In this document: one piece after another, positions 1 to 12,499 of the stretch
Layout: every line of letters begins with the position of its first letter
Numbering within the stretch: the first letter of the stretch is position 1
NCBI GenBank assembly: GCA_015680685.1
Contig: MNCI01001745.1
Location: forward strand, 1,270,096-1,334,095
Length of the DNA: 64,000 nucleotides
From: Gnetum montanum
Lineage: Eukaryota; Plantae; Gnetophyta
Reading direction: 5' to 3'
Translations under genes and position numbers: made by a program
The notes under the pieces: model-generated
Database searches by the model: none
Seen by the model: only the letters and a program-made list of their open reading frames with translations
Told to the model about the DNA's origin: nothing

Positions 1-222
1 GTCTCTACCATAACTCCTACCACATTTATAGACAAGTGTGACCATAGCATTATACTAAAGTTCTTTAAGATGCAAGCAAGAAATTCCTTTGTCCCAGGCT
101 AAAACCATAATGATAACTTTCCCAAATTCATATCAAGGAGTGGGGTATCAATCTTGGGATGATCCATGTAGCACAAGATACCCACCAACTCCACAATGAC
201 AAAGATGGATTTCAAGTAAACC
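1..222 (-). pseudogene. Exon of a retrotransposon-borne antisense gene, FCP1/NIF (HAD)-like domain; continues off the left edge
   Basis: Minus-strand translation VYLKSIFVIVELVGILCYMDHPKIDTPLLDMNLGKLSLWF*PGTKEFLACILKNFSIMLWSHL. Preceded by an acceptor-like tract (ttttgttttgctttatgcaag). Clearly homologous to the exon starting at 26514 (+). Confidence 0.7.
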
Positions 223-999
223 TTGCATAAAGCAAAACAAAAGCATTATGACCATTTGGCATTACATGGAAAATTTAGAGAAAACATCTAGTCAAAGGTG
301 AAATTAGCTTTAAAATTTTCACAAGAAAACATTATTACAACCTTGCATTATGAACAATTGGAAATACTTAGCAAATTTGGGAAAAACAATTAGTCGAAGG
401 TGAAATTAACCTTTGTAAAAAGCTCTAAGGTGTTTATCTAAATTGGCTTAAGAAATTCCATAATATCATTATTGCCATCTTTTATAGCCTTTTACTCAAT
501 AACCAAAATATTATAACCAAAACTAAACCTTAGTCTAAATTATGCATAAATTTAGAAAAAAGCATCTAAACTATGCATAAATTTAGAAAAAGCATGCATG
601 AATTTAGAAAAAGGCATTAAAACTTTAAAAACATTAAAAAATAAATAAAAACATATTTCCATAGTAAAATTTTTAAAAAAAAACTAGTGAAGCCATTTTT
701 TTTATTAAAAAAACATATTTAAAGCATAACTTTCACATGATTTTATATGGGAAACTACACATATCAATCACTTCCATCCCCAAAGAGGTAATGTGCTACA
801 AATTTCATCTCATTTACATAGCCATAATTCCACCATGAAAAGAACCCTAAAATCACAAACTTTGCAGCCATAACCTTAATAATCAAACATACATAGCTAT
901 TTTTACATGGAATACAGACAAATTAGAAGAATAACCATAGCCATCACCATGAATTCCCTTTTCATGCAAGGTTAGGAAAAATTTTCCAAAAATTCATTT

Positions 1000-1620
1000 G
1001 AGCTCTAAGTAAAGTGATTCTGCCATCATTTGAAAGCTTAAATTGAGCTCTACACACCTATGCTTAAAGAAAATGTAATATCCCTTCTCTTTAGTCAAAA
1101 AAATTTTTCAATTTGGATGAAATTCTAAAAATGGCATATAACTTCCTTTTGACATAGGCTTGATAAAAGCTTTGTTAAGAATTCATTTTAAGTCCAATTG
1201 AAGTGATTCCACCTCCATTAGAAAGTTGAAGCCAAGACCTACTCAATCATAGCTAAAGAAAATCAATAAAATTCCTACATTTTCTTAGAAAAAATTCATG
1301 AACTTACATGAAGTATTAAAATGGCTTAAAGAACCTAACTACACAACAATAGAAAAATAGCTATAAATCCATCGATTCAAAATTGAATTGAAAAAAAAAA
1401 ACATCCATTAGAAAGCTTAACTGAGGGGCTATTAGCTCATAATATTATATTTTCAAAATATGCATCATTTTGCTTAAGAAAAAATACATAACATTGCTTG
1501 CGTTTTGTGTAAAAATCTAAAAATCCTAAACCCCAACTTAATATAGTTATAAAAACATAGATAAAATAGCCAAAATAATTGATACCCATTAGAAGGAACA
1601 CCAAAATAATGAAGTATGAT
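1000..1620. repeat. Degenerate tandem repeat, ~187-bp period, 4 units
   Basis: Core CATT(A/T)GAA(A/G)G recurs with GAA at 1032, 1221, 1411 and 1592 (spacings 189, 190, 181). AAGTGATTC precedes it in the first two units. Confidence 0.6.
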
Positions 1621-2459
1621 TTTACTAAAATTTAAGTGTGATGAATACTTTGGCTTGGATCTAGAACAACGTTCCATACCCCAACTTTTGGGGAAAAAGC
1701 ATGAAGAAGCCAAGATAGATTTTAAAAATCAAATCTATTGAGGTAAAAACAATGAAACAACCATGGATAAATGTGGAAACAGCCAAAATAAGAAGTGGGA
1801 TTTTGAAAAAATTTCAATTTACCACCTCTATCACGATAGACCTTAGAAAATATAGCCCCACATGTGGCAAGAAAAATACAAGAAAATCATAGAGAAAAAC
1901 TACAAACACTACACCTACCTTGAAGTGGTAATGGATGAGGCCTAAATGAAGAAAGGCCTAGGAACCTATGAAAATTCCCTAGAATGCTTATCCATCTTCT
2001 GAATCATAATGGTTTAGCTTTGCCCCTCACTGCTTAGGTGTCATGGTAGGCTCAACACTACTGATGGTTGATATTAAGAGAAAATGGGAGTTCTACGCTA
2101 GCTATGAGAAGGATGGAAGGCTTGCATGTTGAAGATAGGTTTCTTCTACCACAAAAATCTCTACGCAAGCTCTCCTCCAATGCATAGTTTGCAGGAATGA
2201 CAATTATGATTGAAAAATTGCGAAATTCAACCATATAAACTACATTTAGTGCACCATAACTCCAAGTGCACTGAAGTGAAAAAGGGAAAAAGTCTCTTCA
2301 ATGATGAGTTTTCATGGGAAACAACTTCACTTTTCAAAATTTTAAATTCTTCAATTATGAGCCCCACCCTACACCTTCTCTCTTAACCAAAAACTTGCAT
2401 CAACACTGAGTTTTTTTTTTCCAATTTTAACACTTAGAGCCATATTGCAACCTTAACTC

Positions 2460-5400
2460 CCATGCATCAACACTGAGGATGCAATGTCCAACATGGATAC
2501 ATGCCTCCCATTTCACAATATCATTAAAATACAATGATTTTTCCTTTTTTAATAACCAAAACCTATCTTTCTCAACCCTAGACTCTCAAATGAGGGTGAG
2601 ACATGAATGAAGCTAGATACCATGGGTTTTCACATTGGGGCAATAGTGCCCAGCATGGAAGAAGAGGAATAACAGCTATCCCTACCTTCCAATACCCATT
2701 TAGCCCAAGCTTAACCCTAAAGTAAGCCCCACATGACCTAGAATCCCTTCAAGCATCTCCAACAACCTCAAAACCTTACCAAACCAAGTTGAACATGCTG
2801 AAACTAGTCAAAGCCTTGGGATTTGGTGATTCCATGCGAGGGAAAGCTTCATCCATGATAAGAATCTTACCCTCAACATGCATGGATGGGAAAAAGATAA
2901 AAATGACCTAAATTGACTACCTACTAGCCATTTCTCAAAGCTTGGTGACGCTTAGACCTTGCTAGAACCCTCTAGAGCTTACTAAAGCACAAAAAGTGGT
3001 CAAATATGGTATAAAATTGTCATACCCATATCATTCATGCTGGGGCCTTCATGCCTAGTGTGAAACAAAGTGGAAAGGTTGCATGAGGTACTTAGAATCC
3101 TCCAAAATGGTGGATCTTAATACTAAACATTGACTATCAACACTTGCAACCCCATAGGCTAACATGCATGATTGATTGACTGTCAATCTACACTAGATCC
3201 AACTTTCTTATTTTGGGGAGACCTCTTTCATGCTAAGAATCCTAGTCCTAGCATTGATGGAAGGGGAAAAGCCAAAAATATTGAAATTTTCATGCAATTT
3301 GACTTTCGAAAACAAACCCACCCTTTTGAAAGCCATTAGACTTCCAAAAGTAATCACTGATGACTAAAAATCTTTTCCTCCTAATTTTCCACATTGATCC
3401 TTCCATATTCAACATGGATGGAAGTGGGAAAGCCTAGAAACCCTCTCATGGCCTTCAAAACAACTTGATTCTAACCTTAAACACTGATGGCCAATACCAG
3501 CAACCTTGTGGGCACTCATGCATAGCTTGATTTCACCATAAAAACCTAAAAATCCCTTTTATCTAGTCTTTCACATTGATCATGGAATCCCTAGCATAAA
3601 AAAAGGGAAGGAAAAGTTTAAAAATTACTTAATAACCCTTGAAACAACCAAATTTTGACTTGAGGTATTAGCAGTTAATGCTAACAACGTTAGAAGCCTA
3701 CATGCATAGCTATAAATTATGGAAAATGGAAAAAATCAAGGTCCTCAGTTCTTCAATGCTTAGAGAAACCTCCTCCATGCTACCCAGCATTGAAGAAAAG
3801 GGGGAAATTTTTGGCAACTCCAAAATAGCCTCTAGAGACCTTGAATGAACACTAAAAAAATACCTATGTGTCTTCTAGAACCTAGTTTACACATCCTCGG
3901 AGCCTCAAGATTGTCAAAATTAATCATAAGTAGTTAGAGAGCCTTTTTCCCAAATCTTCCATTCTAAGCATGGTAACCCTAGCATGAATAAAGAAGGGAA
4001 ATTGTAAAATCAATTCAAAAACTCTTGAAACAATCAAATTCTGACAATAGGTAATAGCAATCAACACTAGCAATCTTGGACACATACATGCAAGTTTAGA
4101 AATAATGCATAAAGTCAAAAAGCTACTTCCCCCTAATCTTCCACACTAAGCATACTATCCTCAACATGGAAAATATGGGGCAAGCTCAAAAAACATCTAG
4201 AAAATCTCCAAAGTAGTCAAACTTAAGCTCAAGCCCTAGTCCTCAATCCTGGCAACCTTGGAAGCATGCGTGCATAATCAATTAAGGCTAAAACTAGCCT
4301 ATATTTGGGATTTATGATTCTTCCGCATTAAAGACCCATTTTTCAACATTGAGCATAGTATCCTCAATGTGGAAACTTAAAGGGAAACTTGTTTGAAGCT
4401 CCTAAACATAGAATAACATCCAATGACCTTACATTCACTCTAGAAGCCTATTAGTAACCATTTGAGCCTCCAAACCTCAACAAATGGATGTCAAAAGGTC
4501 AAAAGATGATTTGCCCTAGTTCTCCATCCTAGTCCCAACATTGAAAAATGAGGGAAGCTAGGGGCAAGCTCAAAACCCACTTTGGAGTACTTAAAATTGC
4601 CAAATTTTGACATGGAGACATAGCCCTTGGTCCTAGCAACTCCAAAAGTTGACATGCAAAGTCAATTATAATCTGAATTGATCTAGATCTAGGATGCTTA
4701 TTTCATTCATATTGGGGAAGGCCCCTTCAATGCCAAGTAGTGTTAAAAGAAAGGGGGAAAGCTACTTTTTCACTTTTGGTGGCACAATGACACTCCATGA
4801 AACCAAAGATCTATGTCATAGAAGCCTAGGACCTCATAGTCTTTGGATTTTTCTTGTTTGACCTTTTTTATCCTTAAAACTCATTCCTCCAAATTTTTCA
4901 CACTAGAGTAACTCCCCTGACATGGAAACAAGGAGGAAATACCTTAAGTACTCTTGAACAACCTTCAAATATGCTCAAAATCAACCAAAAATTTGCAGAA
5001 TTAAGGTCTACATTTCTATGGACTTGGAAACCTAGTCAATGTGCTCTAAAACCATCCTAAATCTATGAAACAAGTTTTTCCCCATTCTCCCATACTAGGG
5101 ATATTATGCTTAGCATGGAAAAAAATGGGGAAGCCATTTTGACATGTTTTAACACTAAAAATCAGTTCAAACTACCTCAAAATGAAGTTAGAGGATGCAT
5201 AACTTTCAAAGCTAGGTTCTAGCTAGTTATTTGACCTCATTTGATGCTATTTTGGGTAGGGTTTTGGTTTTCCATGCTAAGCCCCCTTTCTTCCATGTTG
5301 GCCAATGTGGAAATAAGGGGGAAGGTACCAAAACCTACTTTTTTACCTTTATAGACCTCTACAATGCCCAATTTTGATGGATTTGATCCTATGTTGCCTT

Positions 5401-5510
5401 GGAAAGGTCCTAGAACCTCAATTTTGGCCCTGTAAGCATCCCAAAAACCTATTTTTCCTTATTTCCACACTGAGGATCCCTATTTCCATGCTAAGCCTAG
5501 CATGGAAGCC
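2460..5510. repeat. Array of 17 imperfect palindromes (inferred ancestral TTCCACGCTGAG...CTCAGCGTGGAA), mean period ~188 bp
   Basis: Right arms at about 2488, 2650, 2872, 3054, 3247, 3408, 3590, 3783, 3978, 4160, 4363, 4534, 4738, 4916, 5109, 5302 and 5496. Example: ttccacactaag-catactatc-ctcaacatggaa (4139-4171). Variants mostly differ by C>T/G>A. Confidence 0.8.
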
Positions 5511-5690
5511 TTAAAATGCTTGATTTTTGGGTCTAAACAACCCTAATTAATGCCCAAAGTCACCTAATAGTCTTGTAGCCTCAGAACATGGCCTACTAAG
5601 GCCTAAAACTAGCAAAACCTAATCATTTTTTAACCAATATTAGCCAAATATTACCATATATGGCCTATTTTGCTTGATTTTTACCTTATT

Positions 5691-8483
5691 ACATAGTATT
5701 TTGACTTATTTTTGGACTTAGGTTGTTATACTATGACGCCGTTTGGCCTTAAGAATGCAAAAATACTTAGCTAGACATAGTATTTTTGCTATACTATGAT
5801 GCCATCTAGCCTTAAGAATGCCAAAGTAACCTATAAATGAGCCATGACCTATATATTCAACAATTACATGCTAGGTATGGTTAATGATTATGTAGATGAC
5901 ATAGTTGTTAAGTTCAAGATGGCCAATGATCATGTTAATGATCTAGATCTTATGCTTAAACAATGTCTCAAATACAAGCTTAGGCTCAATCCTAAGTGTT
6001 TCTTTGGTGTCAAGACCAGAAGGATGCTTAGCTTTGTAGTCTCTAAAGCAAGGATCCATGTTGATCCTAATAAGGTTAAGGACATATCAAAATTAGTAAT
6101 GCCTACCAACCTTAAGGAGCTTCAAGGATTACAAGGTATATTATATTATTTGTAAGTTTATCGTTAGTCTTACAGAGTTACAACCCATGCAATACTTTCT
6201 TAAGAAAGGGGTTCACTATGAGTGAACAACTCAATGCCAAGAGGCCTTTGAAAACCTTAAGCAAGAATTAACACAACTTTCGATAGGTTATCCTCTACAA
6301 GAGGGTAAACTATTTTACATCAATATTTCCATTTTTGATATATCCATTGCCTCTCTACTATGTCAAAAATATGATGATGGAGAAAAAATGCATTTATATT
6401 ACCTTAGTCATGCATTAGTTACCCATGTTACTCACTACACTAAAGTGGAGAAGTATTGTCTATGACTAGTCTTCTCCTGGAAGAAGTGGAGATACTACCT
6501 CTTCAGAAGCCAAGTCAACATCATTTACAAGGACAACATACTCAAAGCCACAACAACCAACATCTATGAAAGTAGACATATAGCTTTATGGAAATCCATA
6601 ACTGCAGAATTTGACCTTCATTACATCTCTCAATTCTTAATGAAAGGTTAAGCTATACCTATACAACTCACAGTTTCACCTATTGATGACCAAGTAGCCA
6701 TAGATCCTAAGTTCCCTGATGAATGCATTAGCAATATTAACTAAGTGCTTGAGGGTCATGAGGTAGTCATGCACTTTGACAAAGCTTCAAGTGCCCATGG
6801 GGCTAGTTCCACTACCATCATAACATTTACATCTGATGAAATCCAACCCTTTGCCTACTTTTTTAAGTTCCCATGTACCAACAACATTGTAGAGTATGAA
6901 GGTTTGATTAGAGGAGTGATGGTAGCTTCTAACCTAGGAATTAGATGCTTAGCGATCAAAGGCTATTTACAACTTGTTGTTAACCAAGAGACCAAAGTCT
7001 ATGCATGCAAAGCTAAGAACTTAAAACCTTATTGTGACCTAGGAAAGTAGTTGTTATAGCAATTCATAGAAGTTGATATCCAACACATACCCTGAACTGA
7101 GAACATCATAGATGATGCAATTGTGACATTAGCCCTTAGTGTGATGACAGATGTGTTTAGTAAGTTTTCCACCTTAACCATGGACTGTGCTATCCCATCA
7201 TGAGATACATGAAGGATACCTTTGTGGCTATCATTCATAATGCTTCTACCAAGGATTGGTATGACAATATTAAATTTTTTCCTTATGCATGGTGAATCCT
7301 CACAAGGCATAACTACCACTCAAAAGGATGTTGTACGTAAGTTATCAAAGTAGTATGTCATCATGGATCATAACACATTATGTCAATGATCCTATGATGA
7401 CATATTCCTAAAGTGCTTAGGTAAAATTGAAGTTAGAACAACCCTAGAGAAGGTTCATGAGGGTGTTTGTGGAGGACATATAGGCTACTAAGATTAAATG
7501 GTTAGGCTACTATTGGCCCCCTATGAAAAATGATTGTCATCAAAAGATTAAGCAATCTGACACATGCCAATGATATAGCAACCTTATACACATATCACCA
7601 ATTGAATTACACACCACTCAGATGACATGGTCATTTCAACAATGGGGGTTGGATATCATTGGACCTATAACATCTAAGTCTTCAATAGGGCATAGCTTCA
7701 TGATCATCACAACCAAATACTTTACAAAGTGGGTTAAGGCTATTTCCCTAAGGAAGACTACATCTGAGCAAGTCTTCAAATTCATCCTAGATAACATTAT
7801 AGCTTTTTTTGGCATACCCATGACCATAGTTGCACATAATGGATCATAGTTTAGTAGCCATGAAATGAAAACATTTTGTCACAACCTAGGTATCAAGCAT
7901 TCTTTCTCATCACCTTATTACCATCAAGACAATGGATAAGTAGAAGCAAGCAATAAGGTCATGATCAACTTGCTCAAAAAGATGCTCAATAATAGCAAAT
8001 GCAAGTGGCATGAGTGGCTTGTACATGCATCATGGGCATACAAAACAACCTATCACACAACAACTGGTATGATTCCTTACCTTGGTTTATGGTTCTAAAG
8101 TTGTTTTACCTCTTAAATTGTAGGTGCCATCACTCTGAGAAACCATAATTGACTTCATTAATGATGATCAAAATAAGGAGTTGTGGATAGTGGCCCTAGA
8201 CTCAATGGAGGAGCAACATATGTAAGAGCTTGCTCACATTGAGCACTGTCAAGAGAGTCAAAATTAGTAGCATCACCATAGCTTAACCATGCACAAGATC
8301 AATGAGGGTGACCTAGTCCTCAAGGCCATTCATGAGCACATGGAAAAATTTTTAGCTAACAAGAAAGGACCCTTCCTTATCATTAGAGCCTATGGGAATG
8401 ATGCATTTAGAATAGCCAACATGGATGAAAATGAGCTAGCCTATCCAGCCAATCATTCCTATCTAAGGAATTACTACATGTAG
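5691..8483 (+). mobile_element. Degenerate Ty3/gypsy Tat-lineage pol: partial RT, RNase H, additional (archaeal-type) RNase H, integrase
   Basis: PFGLKNA (~5740) and YVDD (~5890). aRH motifs MHFDKAS and TNNIVEYEGLIRG (6745-7050). Integrase WGLDIIGP and YFTKWVKA (7622-7849). Many stops and frameshifts. The RT-RH-aRH-INT order is a Tat-clade arrangement. Confidence 0.9.
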
Positions 8484-8524
8484 CTGATGATCATCAATAA
8501 GCAAGCCTACTTTCAATGATCCAC

Positions 8525-8610
8525 TATGACCTTAAACTAGTAACATGACTTGCCAGGGCCTTAAACTAGTACCTTGGCCTACCACAGCCTTAAACTAGTA
8601 ACTTTGATGA
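8525..8610 (+). repeat. Three copies of CCTTAAACTAGTA directly after integrase
   Basis: Seen directly. The reverse complement (GCTAGTTTAAGGC-like, ~7 copies) occurs at 30365-30610 in the second Tat element. Confidence 0.75.
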
Positions 8611-8733
8611 CCTAGATATCCTTATTCACATTTGGCCTATATGCATTGTAGGGTTATAATATGCAACAATGTTTGGTATTCTTTGTCAATGCCTCTTGGG
8701 TCAATCATCTAGATACCAACAAAGAGGGATCAT

Positions 8734-10240
8734 TGAAACACCACAAAAATTTGCATGTTAAAGTCAATTTTCATCATATAGCTTTCACTCCATGAAACCC
8801 AAGATAAAAATTCATTGTAAATGTGAAGATTGTAATCCAAAGTGGACAATTTCACATACTTGATACTTTTGGGGCTGAAGAACGTTTCATAAGTTGTCAA
8901 AGCCTCATTTCCTAAGTGAAAAAAATCACCTAGTGTCTATATTTGGACTTGGGAGGTAAAAAATGCCTTTTGGAATTCTAAAAAGGGTAATTTGATGGGT
9001 TTTGTTGGGGGAGGTATACACTTTTCTATGGTAGAAACACATGTAGAGGGTAAATCTCACCTACCCCCAACATGGAAGGATGGGAGTTTTGAAAACTTAC
9101 TCTCTTCAACATGGAGACTACATGCACAACCTAAAAACCTTCCCCTTCAGCATGGAAGTTTTCCCCAAACATGGAGTCTTCACCCCTAGCATTGAAAATT
9201 ACATCCCCCTAGCATGGAAGCCACAAAAGCCAAAATTCATTACTTCATGCACTTCAACGTTGACCAGCCACTTTAGCAAGCATGGTGGAGAGCTCAACAT
9301 GGAAGATTCATCTCTAGTGTTGAAGGTGTGTCCTAGTTACTATTTATAGTAAATGAAATGGCCATGGGAAAAGATGTTTACTATGTATAGTAACCCCAAA
9401 AATTTGGACATCCATCTCACCTAAACAAGGTAGAAATTTGGCAACCAATTTGTAGTAATTTGGTAGCCTATTTGCAACCATTTTACAACAAATTTGCAAC
9501 CCCATTCATGGCCCAAAATGTATAAAAGCTAGCCTCAAATACCATTTATGGCTTCAAAAATTTTTAACAGGTTTCACTCTTTTGGCACTTGAATACATTA
9601 AGCATACATATATTTTCCAAGTAGAAATTCCATGCCTAGGGCATTTTTAAGCACACAAGGGCTCTTGAAATCTCCCACATTTGCATTCTCTTGAACCCTA
9701 GCATGGAAGCATTATCACCTTAAGATTTGTGAATTTTTTGTATCAACACTACACTTCTAGGATTCGAAAACCCTGGTGTGGAGCAATCTGGCATTCAAAT
9801 TTTCCACTTTTCTCAGCCCCAAGTAGTAGCTAATGTTGCAAATCTAAGATTGCAACACTAGAGGTTTGATAGCATTGAGAGTGATAGGATATCTGAATTG
9901 TGGAGTTGACTACATCAACTTTAGCAAACCCTGAATCCCCATCCACATGAACCCCCTGCTACCCATTCAAACATCATTTGTATACATTTCTCTAACTTAT
10001 TCTTTATTTTATATCAATAAAGTTTTAATGTTTTTTGTTTTTTGTACAAGATATATTTTTTTATTTTCTGTGCATTATTCAAATCTATAATTTGTTTTTT
10101 CTACATTTCATTTTATTACACTATTTCATAAACACAACCCCNTTGGTTGATCTACCAAATTGGCCAGGATACCTCAGATCCCACTTTTGCAAAGGCCTTG
10201 AGCATTCAAGGTTGAGGACTACTCTGCACCAAATCCATTA
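8734..10240 (+). mobile_element. 3' LTR of Tat element 1 (right end approximate)
   Basis: PPT-like AAAGAGGGA (8721), then TGAAACACCACAAAAATTTG at 8734, nearly identical to the terminus of the minus-strand element at 36622 (TGAAACACCACCAAATTTG). TATA-like at ~9520. Many (C/T)AGCATGGAA-type motifs at 9065-9790. Confidence 0.7.
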
Positions 10241-11449
10241 GTCTTTATTCCAATGATCAATTTTTTCTAGTTGTAACATCTTATTATTCTCTTTATTTTT
10301 TAATTTATATTTCAATTAGATTAATAGAATATCTAAGGTAATGAAAAATTGAGAATAAAAGAATTTTCCCTACCTTCACTTGGAAAACCAAATCCAATTT
10401 CTACTTTGTGTGATCCTAGTAAGGATTGGTGATTGGTGGTTGGTAGAACTTTAATTTACCTCTTGTCATTATCTTAGAAAATGAAGTAAGGATTAGGAAA
10501 GTAATATTAATTTTCCATATATTTCTTCTTGCATATATTTTGTTTACAAAATAAGTAAGAAACATCTTCAAGTCCAAAGGAGAAATCAAATTATTTGAGC
10601 ATAGGATCATAACAAAAGCATTGGAACTAGAAAAGGACAGTGAACATGGACTTATTCGACGTTGAACGAAACCTAAGGGGGTAGATTATCATGTTCCCAT
10701 TTTCAAATGATGTTGTTGCTCAATGAAGATGGTGTCTCTTAATAACAAGTGTTATTTTTATCTTAACAAGACTTGAAAGGGAAGTTGTAATTAAGATCTA
10801 AAAGGGCATGTTGTAATAACGAATGTGTCTCTTGAGGTAACCTTTGGGGATTTGACCTAAGACATTTATACCTAGGCTTAGAGGTCATTCCAACATGAAG
10901 TGGTGAAGCCAGTATAGGAAAGTCACAAAAGCTAGGTGAAGTGGAATAGAAAGTGGATTAGCCATCCCTTTTGGCCGATGTTAGGCCTAAACATGGTGGT
11001 AGTGTTGGAATGCCTCTAAGGGATAGATGCCAAAGGAAGAAAACCCCAAGGAACACTCTTAGAGCATGATCTAGATACTCTATTCCATATCAATAAAGCA
11101 TTTTTCTCTTTTTCTTACTGCATTTTCTCTGTTATTTCCTTCACACATAATATCAAATATTACATATATTTGACATTTCGTATATTGTCTTCTTATGCAT
11201 AATGTCTACTATAGCATATATTTGATGTTTTCCATGACATCTAGGGATGTAATGTCAAAATTACTATTCTAAATATTATTTTATCAAAGAATGCTTTTTT
11301 AACTCATTAATGACATGGACTGTAAGATAAATGTTGAGCTTGAAAAATCAATGATGGGGACCTCCTCCCCCACATCTCCATGCTAGTTTTATCATAAAAT
11401 GTTTGGGATTTTTCTAATAGGTTCCAAGAAAATATTATTGGGAAGTATC

Positions 11450-12150
11450 TTTTAAATAGACTTCAAATTTTCTTTTCCTACAAGAAATTAATATTTTAGT
11501 TTATGATATTAGTTTTGCTGATGAATTAATTTTAAAAACCTGCATTATTTTTTCTACTAGTCATGAAGATAATAAAAGAGATATTATTATTCATTGATAT
11601 AATTTAGACTAAAAAAGTTTTAAACACTAGTTTTGACAATCTTGGAAGAGATATTTGAGTTATTTATCATAGTAAAAAAAGGTGAGTTTGGACTTTGTAA
11701 TGTTTAAGCTTCTAATAATTTAATAGATCAATTAGAGGTTTGGAAATAACTTCTATCTCTACCTAAAGCTCCTTGGATTATTTGAGGTGATTTCAATAAG
11801 GTTAAAAGTCATTTTAATAAACTTGATGATCTTACTCCTAATATGTCTTCTCAAGAAAAAAAGAAGATTAGTGCAATTTCCAAAAAAAATTCTTTCTAAT
11901 ATTAGTTATTTATTTCCATCTCCTTCAAATGAGAAGCATTATACTTGGTGTAATTATTAGTAAGGAAACAATAGAATTTATTGTCAACTTAATAGATTTT
12001 ACATCTCCAATGTTTTCTTTTGAAAGTCTACAAGGAAAGTAGAAGTTCATATAGATGCTACTTTGTTAGATCATTTTTTTTATTAGCGTTTTTTTCATTG
12101 GTATTAATTCCTCATTCTTTCAAAAGAATAATATTTTGTATATGAATGCT
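11450..12150 (+). mobile_element. LINE (L1-like) AP-endonuclease remnant
   Basis: PWII*GDFNKV (~11771), YTWCN (~11940), RIYCQLNRFY (~11973) and LDH (~12067) match the WxxxGDFN / FTW / RLDRF / SDH motifs in the correct order. Confidence 0.75.
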
Positions 12151-12499
12151 AATATGTTCATAGGATCTAATGGAAAATTTATTTTGAATTCTTTATAGAA
12201 TGTAGAAAAAAACCTACTAGTGATATTGGTTGGATTAACTAGTGGCAAAAAACTACTTGTAGAGTTGGAAATTATGCTAGATAGTTTGGAAAGTAATTTA
12301 CTAAGCATAAGTATCAAGGTAAAGAAGATCTTGCTAAATCTATAAAGCAAATGCAAATTCCTTTAGAGGCAACTTATATACTTTGCTATAAGCTTTTCTT
12401 TCGCTTCAAGTGACATGGCAATGAGAAAATTTTAAAATCTTCTATTCTCACAACTTTTTTATTTTTAAAATAAGCTTCGTTGTGCATGAAGTATAAGAG

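Noticed and set aside
2460-5510. CRISPR-like array (palindromic repeats with spacers)
   Set aside because: Eukaryotic TE context, no cas genes, spacers ~150 bp and weakly homologous to each other, and the repeats are degenerate.
10240-11260. Additional PPT-plus-LTR fragments (AAGGGGGTAG, AAAGGGCATG)
   Set aside because: No partner LTR, TSD or coding motif to anchor a call.
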